A stretch of 47,147 bases of DNA from Myxococcota bacterium (lineage in GTDB: Bacteria > Myxococcota > JACRCW01): NCBI GenBank assembly GCA_040752415.1, contig JBFMGU010000056.1, forward strand, positions 1 through 47,147. The letters run 5' to 3'. The translations under genes and the position numbers were made by a program. The notes beneath the pieces were generated by a model, which was given only the letters and a program-made list of their open reading frames with translations, did not search any database and was not told the DNA's origin. Of the stretch, positions 26,928 through 33,939 are shown piece after piece (the stretch's first letter is position 1; each line of letters opens with the position of its first letter).

Positions 26928-29273
26928 TCAATGCGCCGCCTGCGCCTTCTTTTCCCGGTTCTGCACCAGCGAGGCACCAACCCTGTCGTAGACCGGGATG
27001 CCCTCGCCACTCAGACGGCCGAACGTCAGGACGCCGGTGGGACAGCTCTGCACGCACGCGCTGCAGCGCACACACTCCGGGTCCTGCATGGGCAGCCCCT
27101 TGTTGGCGAAGTTCATGACGTCAATGCCCTGGTGGCAGACGCTGGTGCACACGTTGCACGAGATGCACTTCTTCTTCTCGGCGAAGATCCGGAAGCGTGA
27201 GAAGCGCGCGTAGATGTGCATCAACGCCGCCAGCGGACACGCAAACCGGCACCACACACGACCGCTGAACCAGAAGTAGAACCCCACGCCAATCACGCCG
27301 GCCAGCATGAGGTCCACGACGTACTTGTAGTTCACCGGCACCGGCCCCAACGCCCAGCCGTGCAGCAGGCCCTCATGCAACGCGTGAGCGGTCTGTCCGA
27401 CGCTGCTTTGCGGGAACGTCCAGCTCACCACGCGCAGGCCGAACAGCAGGAACGCCACGACCAGGATCACCTGCCCCGTCATGTTCACGCGGTTCCACAC
27501 CGGGCCGTGCGGCATCTTCTGACGGTGCGCGTCGCCCAGCGTCTCGGCGAGGGCACCGCAGGAGCAGACCCAACCGCAGTACGCACCCTTGCCCCACCGG
27601 AAGATGATCAGCGGGATGATCACGAACGTCTGCACCAGCGAGATGCCCAACCACCACCACATGGGCTGGTACGTGACGAGGTTCCAGATGAACAGTGGCC
27701 ACGCGAGCACGAGGCCGAACGCACGCCAATACTCGCGGCCGAAGTCGTAGTTGCAGGTGGGGAAGAGGTTGTCCGCCACCGTCTTCATGACGCCGCCGTC
27801 AAACGCGCCCACCGCGCCCAGCCACGGCAGGATGAAGTACGGCAAGAGGAAGAGCGGCAGCACCTGGAACGCCGCGAGCGAGAGCGTCTGGAGCTTCACG
27901 TACGGCGTCTTCCGACGCTGGATGCGACGCCACCCGAACAGCACCACGCACGTGGTGTACGCGAGCGAGTAGTAGAACCCCGGTTGTCGCAGCGTGATGG
28001 AGAGGACCCAGGAGAGCGGTCCCTGTTGGGGATCGACGGACAGGTTGAACGGGAACCAGTGGAGCTCCTGGAACTTCTGGGTGACGACGCCGCCGCCCTT
28101 CCACAGGTAGATGAACCAGCAGAACGCCACGAACGCGCTGAACGACGCGATGCGCCTGGCGGTCCACTCCCCGCGGATGGCAATCCCGGAGCGACGGAAG
28201 AACTCCAGCGGCGCTTCCCGCCCGAGCATGGTGAAGACCACGTCGTTGGGGTGCGCGTTGTGACGCCCCGCTCCGTCGGCAATCACCACCTCCCCTTCCC
28301 GGATCTCGACGGGCTGGGTCCCGAGCATGAGCGTGATCTTCCCCGGCGGATGATCCCCGCGCATCTCCGGCGTGGCCGCGGTGGTCACGCGCTCGCTGGA
28401 CGGTTTCTCGACGCCAACCCGCGCCGACGGGTCGGCCACCAGCGCGTTGAGCTTCTCCACGTTCTCCGGCTTGGGCCGCGCGAACTCCTTCTTGCGGTAG
28501 CTGAGGATGACGTTGGCGCCGCACGTGGCCAGCGCAATGGCCGTCTCCAGCGCGGTATCCCCGCCACCGACGACGAGCGCGTTCTTCCCGGCGAACTCCC
28601 GCGGGTCATGCAGGCGGTTGTAGACCTTGTCCAGGTTGGCGCCGGGGCAATCCAGCTTGCGGAAGTTGCCGCTCCGTCCCAGGGCCACCACGGCGCGACT
28701 GGCACGGGTGATCGTCTTTCCGTCGCCGTGGTGGAGGTGGATCTCGTTGCCCTTGCGCTCCAGCCGTTCAATGCGTGCGTGCGTGACCTCCACCCCGGCC
28801 TTCTTGCGCTGCGCCTCCATCTCCTCGACGAGCGCCTCCTTCACCGTGGCGGTGAACTGGAGTTGGCCCGCCGGCGTCATCTCGGTGGGATAGGTGTAGA
28901 TGGGCTTGGCCTTGGGGAAGTTCACCACCGTCGAGAAGGGCTCGGTGGCCTCGAACAAGCGGTAGCGGAGGCCCAGACGCGCCGCCTCCATGGCCGCCGC
29001 CACGCCGGAGACGCCCGCGCCCACAATGGCCACGTCGACGACGTCCGGGTCCATGGACTTCCGGCCCTCCAGCTCCCGCGCAATGGCTTCGACCGCGCGA
29101 GCGCCGCTGTCGGACGAGAACTTCAGCAGCGGAATGCCCGTGAGGTCCCCCACCACGCGAACGCCGGGGACACCGGTGGTGCCGTCGTCGTTCACCTCAG
29201 GCAGCGCCTCCACCACGCCGGCCGGCCACCGGGTGTGGAGCCAGCGGGTGTAGCGCCTGACGAGTTGGATCAT
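26928..29273 (-). CDS. FAD/NAD(P)H oxidoreductase (TrxR-like) fused to a NapH/MauN-type membrane polyferredoxin
   Basis: GAGVSG (FAD), GGGDTA and SYRK (NADPH); multiple TMs; YCGWVCSCG and WCRFACP; CISCNVCTSVC and CVRCSACVQSCP. Confidence 0.88.
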   Translation of the reverse strand: MIQLVRRYTRWLHTRWPAGVVEALPEVNDDGTTGVPGVRVVGDLTGIPLLKFSSDSGARAVEAIARELEGRKSMDPDVVDVAIVGAGVSGVAAAMEAARLGLRYRLFEATEPFSTVVNFPKAKPIYTYPTEMTPAGQLQFTATVKEALVEEMEAQRKKAGVEVTHARIERLERKGNEIHLHHGDGKTITRASRAVVALGRSGNFRKLDCPGANLDKVYNRLHDPREFAGKNALVVGGGDTALETAIALATCGANVILSYRKKEFARPKPENVEKLNALVADPSARVGVEKPSSERVTTAATPEMRGDHPPGKITLMLGTQPVEIREGEVVIADGAGRHNAHPNDVVFTMLGREAPLEFFRRSGIAIRGEWTARRIASFSAFVAFCWFIYLWKGGGVVTQKFQELHWFPFNLSVDPQQGPLSWVLSITLRQPGFYYSLAYTTCVVLFGWRRIQRRKTPYVKLQTLSLAAFQVLPLFLLPYFILPWLGAVGAFDGGVMKTVADNLFPTCNYDFGREYWRAFGLVLAWPLFIWNLVTYQPMWWWLGISLVQTFVIIPLIIFRWGKGAYCGWVCSCGALAETLGDAHRQKMPHGPVWNRVNMTGQVILVVAFLLFGLRVVSWTFPQSSVGQTAHALHEGLLHGWALGPVPVNYKYVVDLMLAGVIGVGFYFWFSGRVWCRFACPLAALMHIYARFSRFRIFAEKKKCISCNVCTSVCHQGIDVMNFANKGLPMQDPECVRCSACVQSCPTGVLTFGRLSGEGIPVYDRVGASLVQNREKKAQAAH

Positions 29274-29382
29274 GCCGGCAACCTATCACGACACCCCCAC
29301 ATGATCCGGCCAGCGTCAGCGGCTAGAAGGCCAGCAGCGGTGGCGTGGAGTAGAACGCGCCCCCGGAGAACGGAGGAAATCC

Positions 29383-30477
29383 ATGGCGGCAATGACGGAG
29401 TGGCACGGCAAGGCAGGCGGTCGGGGCGAGGCGTGTGGGCCCACGGGTTGCGCGGTGGCGTCGTACGGCGACGTTGCGGCGGAGCGTGAAGCAGGCCGAA
29501 CCGGCGCGTTGGCCGTGGACCGCTCCCGCTGCGCACGCCTGCAGCTCACCGGCAAGGACCGCCGCGACCTGGTGCAGCGCCTCACCACCAACGACGTGCT
29601 CAACGTCCCCGACGGCATGGGCGTGGCCACGGTGTTCACCACCGGCAAGGGCCGCATCGTTGACCGCGTGGTGCTGCACGCCGCTTCCGACGGGGATCTC
29701 CTGGTGGGCAGCGCCGACCGCGCCGATCCGCTCATCGAGTGGATGAACGGCTACATCATGCGGGAGGACGTCACCGTCACGAACCTTACGCCGGCCACCA
29801 CGCAGATCGACGTCGTGGGGCCCAAGGCGGTGGAGGTCACGGGTGCCACCCTGCTGACCAGCGCGGCCTTGCACGAGCTCATGGTGGTTGAGCTGGCGGG
29901 GATGCAGGTGCTGGCCGCGCGCGCGGACCCGGTGGGCGGGCAGACCGTGCGGCTCATTGTCCCCGAGGGCCTGGGTCCCCGACTCATGGATGCCCTGGTG
30001 GCCAAGGGCGCGCGTCCCGGCGGTGGCGACGCGTACAACGCGCTGCGACTGGAAGCGGGCCTGCCCCTGTACGGACCGGAGATGAACCTGGAGCACAGCC
30101 CGCTGGAGGCCGGTCTCGTCGACACGCTGCACTTCGCCAAGGGCTGCTACATCGGCCAGGAGGTGGTGGCGCGCATTGACACGTACATGAAGCAACGTCG
30201 CTACCTGATTGCGGTGGAGGTGGAGGGTCCGCCGCCCGCCGCCGGCGCCACGCTCTCGCTCTCCAACGGTGACAGCGGCGCGGTCACCAGCAGCGCCGAC
30301 GTGGGGAACGGGAAGTCGCGCCTGCTGGGCTACATCAAGACGGAGGATCCGCGCGTGGGCATGCTGGTCGACGTCATCGAGGGCGACGTGCGTCGTCAGG
30401 GCGTGGTGCGCAACCGGCCCGCGCAGGCGCCCGCGCCCAAGGGGGGTGAAGGCAGCCAGTGCTCGGTGGTGATCTGA
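29383..30477 (+). CDS. ygfZ: YgfZ/GcvT-family folate-binding protein
   Basis: KGCYIGQE signature, LTGKDR..LVQRLTTND, GKGRIV, LRLEAG. Confidence 0.85.
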   Translation: MAAMTEWHGKAGGRGEACGPTGCAVASYGDVAAEREAGRTGALAVDRSRCARLQLTGKDRRDLVQRLTTNDVLNVPDGMGVATVFTTGKGRIVDRVVLHAASDGDLLVGSADRADPLIEWMNGYIMREDVTVTNLTPATTQIDVVGPKAVEVTGATLLTSAALHELMVVELAGMQVLAARADPVGGQTVRLIVPEGLGPRLMDALVAKGARPGGGDAYNALRLEAGLPLYGPEMNLEHSPLEAGLVDTLHFAKGCYIGQEVVARIDTYMKQRRYLIAVEVEGPPPAAGATLSLSNGDSGAVTSSADVGNGKSRLLGYIKTEDPRVGMLVDVIEGDVRRQGVVRNRPAQAPAPKGGEGSQCSVVI

Positions 30478-30484
30478 CGCGCCC

Positions 30485-31387
30485 GTGGTGCTGGCCGTCC
30501 TCACCGCGCAGGTGATTGTCCCCGCGGCGGTGTGCGCGTGGATCTGCTTCCCGCGCTCCCGGCACCTGCTCCCGTGGTGGCTCACCGTGCTGTTGGCCTT
30601 CTCCACGACGATGTTCTTCTACGTCGCCGGCCGCTGGGACATCCTGGGCTATCCCCTGCGTTACGCGCTCCCCGTGGGGTTCCTGGCGGCGGCCACCACG
30701 TCGTGGATCCGTCGTGAGACCGCACCTTCCGTGCCCCGCTCCGCCCTGGTGGTGCAGGTGGTGTGCTACGCGCTGATGGCCCTCCCTCTGCTCTGGCTCC
30801 TCGTCAACGCGCTGCTGGAACGGCGGGCGCCCGGCAACGCCGTGGAGCTGTCCTTCCCGCTGCGCGAGGGTCGCTTCTACGTGAGCCACGGCGGCAGCGG
30901 CCCGCTCCTCAACCAGCACCACGACGTGCACGCGCAGCGTTACGCCCTGGACATCAACCAGCTCAACGCCTGGGGCCGCAGCATCAACGCCCTCACCGAC
31001 GGGGAGCCCCGCGACTACCCGATCTTCGGTCGGCCGGTGCACAGTCCCTGCCGCGGCACCGTGGTGACGACGGAAAACGACCTTCCCGACCTGACACCTC
31101 CGGACCGCGATCCCCAGCGGCCGGCCGGGAACCACGTGGTGGTGGAGTGCCTGGGCGTGAAGGTGCTGATGGCGCATCTCCGGCAGGGCAGCGTTCGCGT
31201 GCGGCCCGGTGACGACGTGGGAGAAGGCGATGTGCTGGCGGAAGTGGGCAACTCCGGCAACACGAGTCGACCGCATCTCCACCTGGAGGCCGTGCGCAAC
31301 GCGCAGCAGCCCGATCTCGACGACGGAGATCCCGCCCCCATGACCTTTGGCGGGGAAGCGCTGGTACGCAACGACGTGCGGAAATGA
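30485..31387 (+). CDS. M23-family metallopeptidase with N-terminal TMs
   Basis: QRYALD, GNHVV, AHLRQGS, VGNSGNTSRPHLH. Confidence 0.85.
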   Translation: MVLAVLTAQVIVPAAVCAWICFPRSRHLLPWWLTVLLAFSTTMFFYVAGRWDILGYPLRYALPVGFLAAATTSWIRRETAPSVPRSALVVQVVCYALMALPLLWLLVNALLERRAPGNAVELSFPLREGRFYVSHGGSGPLLNQHHDVHAQRYALDINQLNAWGRSINALTDGEPRDYPIFGRPVHSPCRGTVVTTENDLPDLTPPDRDPQRPAGNHVVVECLGVKVLMAHLRQGSVRVRPGDDVGEGDVLAEVGNSGNTSRPHLHLEAVRNAQQPDLDDGDPAPMTFGGEALVRNDVRK

Positions 31388-31777
31388 TCAGGCCTTGGCG
31401 CCGGCCATCTGCCGACACAGGTCCGCGCAGCGACGACACGCATTCGCACATGCCTTCATCTGCGCGTCGTCACCGAACTTCTCGCAGTCCTCCGCGCACT
31501 TGTCGCAGATGATGGCGCACGCGTTGCACGTTGCGGTGTGCAGCTCGGAGCCGCGGATCATGAAGTCCGCGCTGGTGCGACAGATCTCGGCGCAGTCCAG
31601 GAGCAAGCGGATGTGATTCTGCTCGGCGTGCTTGCCGCCCTTCTGCAGGCAGTATTGCACCGTCGTCAGGCAGACATCATGGCAGTTGGTGCACTCCTGG
31701 ATGCACTGCTGCATGTCGCCGCCGACAATCGCCGTGACGCCTTTTCCCGCCTGCGGACCAGCCTGACCTGCCACCAT
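31388..31777 (-). CDS. Four-helix-bundle Cys-rich copper storage protein (Csp3/DUF326-like)
   Basis: Repeated CxxxCxxC motifs (CIQECTNCHDVC, CNACAIICDKCAEDC, CANACRRCADLC); no signal peptide. Confidence 0.9.
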   Translation of the reverse strand: MVAGQAGPQAGKGVTAIVGGDMQQCIQECTNCHDVCLTTVQYCLQKGGKHAEQNHIRLLLDCAEICRTSADFMIRGSELHTATCNACAIICDKCAEDCEKFGDDAQMKACANACRRCADLCRQMAGAKA

Positions 31778-31810
31778 GGTGAACCTCCCGCCTCCTCGGC
31801 GTGGACCATG

Positions 31811-32374
31811 TCACGCACAGACCTCGAACCAGCGCGCCAACCATTGACGCATCACGTGGATCTCGGCGCTCTGCGTGACGACGATGTTGTTGCACAGCCC
31901 CACCAGCTCCGCGTGGTCCGCCTCCGTCATGCAGCGGCCCGCGGTCTCCAGCGCGGCACGGTGGTGCTGGATCATGAACGTGAGGAACGCCTCCTCGAAA
32001 TCCTTGCCCTCGAGGTCACCCAGGAGCGCCATGGCGCCTCCCATGCCCTCGTGCGCGGACGGGCAGAGCATCTCCTCCGCGACGCCACCGGATTCCGAGC
32101 CCCAGGTGTCCAGCCACGTGCGCATGTCGTCAATGTCGCGGACCTGGTCGGTGGCCATCTGGTCGCACAGCGCCGCCAGCTCCGGGTGCTCCGCCTTGGA
32201 CACGCACAAACGGGCCATCTCCACCGCGCTGTTGTGATGCACGATCATGTCCGCCATGAACTGCGCCTCGTACGGGGACGCCGGTTCCTTCTCCGCGTCC
32301 TGCGCCCACGCGGCTCCGCCCAGCAAGACACCCCAGAGCGCCACCAGCAGACCCGTCACGTGCCTCGTCGTCAT
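31811..32374 (-). CDS. DUF305 (CopM-like) exported metal-binding protein
   Basis: Signal peptide AWA|Q; two repeats FMADMIVHHNSAVEMA and FLTFMIQHHRAALETA. Confidence 0.88.
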   Translation of the reverse strand: MTTRHVTGLLVALWGVLLGGAAWAQDAEKEPASPYEAQFMADMIVHHNSAVEMARLCVSKAEHPELAALCDQMATDQVRDIDDMRTWLDTWGSESGGVAEEMLCPSAHEGMGGAMALLGDLEGKDFEEAFLTFMIQHHRAALETAGRCMTEADHAELVGLCNNIVVTQSAEIHVMRQWLARWFEVCA

Positions 32375-32468
32375 GCCAGCCTCCGTCACCAGTTGGTAGG
32401 CCCCGGCTGACAGGAATTCAGGCGACAGCGACGCGCGGACAAGCACCAACCGCCCTGCCCGGATCCGG

Positions 32469-32495
32469 GTGTAAGGCGCGGCAGGGTGCTGCGTC
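32469..32495 (+). promoter_or_regulatory. Putative ECF-sigma promoter (autoregulatory)
   Basis: GTGTAAGG-N12-CTGCGTC; the identical motif and spacing recur at 33143-33169. Confidence 0.7.
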
Positions 32496-32515
32496 AGCAT
32501 GGGGAGGAGACACGC

Positions 32516-33148
32516 ATGCACCACGTCCACGCTTCCGCCCCGGTTGCCCGCATCCACCCTGACCTGTACGAGGACACCATGGCCTCATCCCCGGAAAACC
32601 TGCCGCCCGACGTGGTGGAAACCCTGGTGCACAATCACCGCGAGTTCCTGGCGTTCCTGGAGCGACGGGTGGGCGACCGCGCCGTGGCCGAGGACATCCT
32701 GCAGGAAGCATTTGCCCGCGGCCTGGAACGGCTCCCCTCGCTGCGCGAGCAGGAATCCGCCGTGGCGTGGTTCTACCGCGTGCTGCGCAATGCCGTGGTG
32801 GACCACTTCCGTCGTCGGGGCGCGTCCAGCAGCGCGCTGGAGCGCCTGGCCAGCGAGCTGGAGACCGCGGAGAAGCCCACCGTGGAGATCCACGACGCGG
32901 TGTGCCAGTGCGTGGGACGCCTGGCCAGCACGCTCAAGCCTGAGTACGCGGATGCGCTGCGTCGGGTGGAGGTGGAAGGCGTCCCCGTGCAGCAGTTCGC
33001 CACCGAGGCCGGCATCACCGCCAACAACGCCGGTGTCCGCCTGCACCGGGCGCGCAATGCGCTGCGCGAGCGCGTGATGGCGTCGTGCGGGACCTGCGCG
33101 GAGCATGGTTGCGTGGACTGCACCTGCAAGGCCCACGGGGCGGTGTAA
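32516..33148 (+). CDS. CorE-like metal-responsive ECF sigma factor
   Basis: Sigma2 (AEDILQEAF, WFYRVLRN), CxC linker motif VCQC, sigma4 (VRLHRAR), Cys-rich tail CGTCAEHGCVDCTC. Start is 32516 (GGAGG RBS) or 32579. Confidence 0.88.
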   Translation: MHHVHASAPVARIHPDLYEDTMASSPENLPPDVVETLVHNHREFLAFLERRVGDRAVAEDILQEAFARGLERLPSLREQESAVAWFYRVLRNAVVDHFRRRGASSSALERLASELETAEKPTVEIHDAVCQCVGRLASTLKPEYADALRRVEVEGVPVQQFATEAGITANNAGVRLHRARNALRERVMASCGTCAEHGCVDCTCKAHGAV

Positions 33149-33169
33149 GGGACCGGGACCGCCTGCGTC
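33143..33169 (+). promoter_or_regulatory. Putative ECF-sigma promoter of copZ
   Basis: GTGTAAGG-N12-CTGCGTC; its TAA is the stop codon of the sigma gene. Confidence 0.7.
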
Positions 33170-33216
33170 TGCACGGGTGAAACGGGAGAAACCCGTCGTC
33201 ACAAGGAGCAGACACC

Positions 33217-33444
33217 ATGGAACGAGAGACCATGTTGGACGTGGAGGGAATGACCTGCGGCTCGTGCATGGGCCGGGTCAACCGCGCGCTGAAGGCCGTG
33301 ACCGGTGTGAGGCAGGTGGACGTCCGGATGCGCGAGGGTCGCGTGCTGGTGCGTCACGACGTGGAAAGCGCGCCGGTGGAGCAGCTCGTCGAGGCACTGC
33401 GCGACGCGGGGTATGAGTCCGCCCCCGCAGCGACACCGTCATGA
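33217..33444 (+). CDS. copZ: Heavy-metal-associated (HMA) chaperone, CopZ-like
   Basis: VEGMTCGSC...ALRDAGY; AAGGAG RBS. Confidence 0.88.
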   Translation: MERETMLDVEGMTCGSCMGRVNRALKAVTGVRQVDVRMREGRVLVRHDVESAPVEQLVEALRDAGYESAPAATPS

Positions 33445-33479
33445 CAGGCGGAGGTCGTTAGCGTCGCGTCGCGAGCCGG

Positions 33480-33872
33480 TTAGAGCAGGAGGCGCATCAG
33501 CTCCACGCGCGCGTCCAGCCCCAGCTTCTTGAGCAGGTTCAGTTCGTGGAACTTCACGGTGCGCACGGAGAGGCGCAGCACCCGCGCAATCTCCGCCAGC
33601 GTGCGACCTCGGGACAGGTGACGGAGGACCTGCAGCTCCCGCTGGGTGGCGCCAACGCGGTCCGCCATGGCGTCCAGCAGCGCGAGGTTGGCCGCGGCGA
33701 GCTCGGGGCGGGTCATCACGCGGCGCAGCGCCGGGCGGCGGCCAGGGCGCTTGGGAAACGCCACGGTGACCAGGTCCGGGGACCACGCGGGCACGGAGGA
33801 CTGCGGGAGGACCTTCTCCGCGGCGCGGGAGCGGGGCCTGGGGAGGGAACGGGCGCGGGCGACGGTGCTCAT
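33480..33872 (-). CDS. LuxR-type HTH protein without a receiver domain
   Basis: TQRELQVLRHLSRGRTLAEIARVLRLSVRTVKFHELNLLKKLG. Start uncertain (33872 or 33716). Confidence 0.75.
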   Translation of the reverse strand: MSTVARARSLPRPRSRAAEKVLPQSSVPAWSPDLVTVAFPKRPGRRPALRRVMTRPELAAANLALLDAMADRVGATQRELQVLRHLSRGRTLAEIARVLRLSVRTVKFHELNLLKKLGLDARVELMRLLL

Positions 33873-33939
33873 GGTGCATGCGGGAGTACCGTCCAGCTGG
33901 ACAGGTTGGCTCACCGTTTGGCCGGGGCTTGGCGAAGCA

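Noticed and set aside
32375..32468. Minus-strand copy of the ECF promoter for the DUF305-Csp genes
   Set aside because: No GACGCAG-N12-CCTTACAC match found by eye, so co-regulation by the sigma is unsupported.
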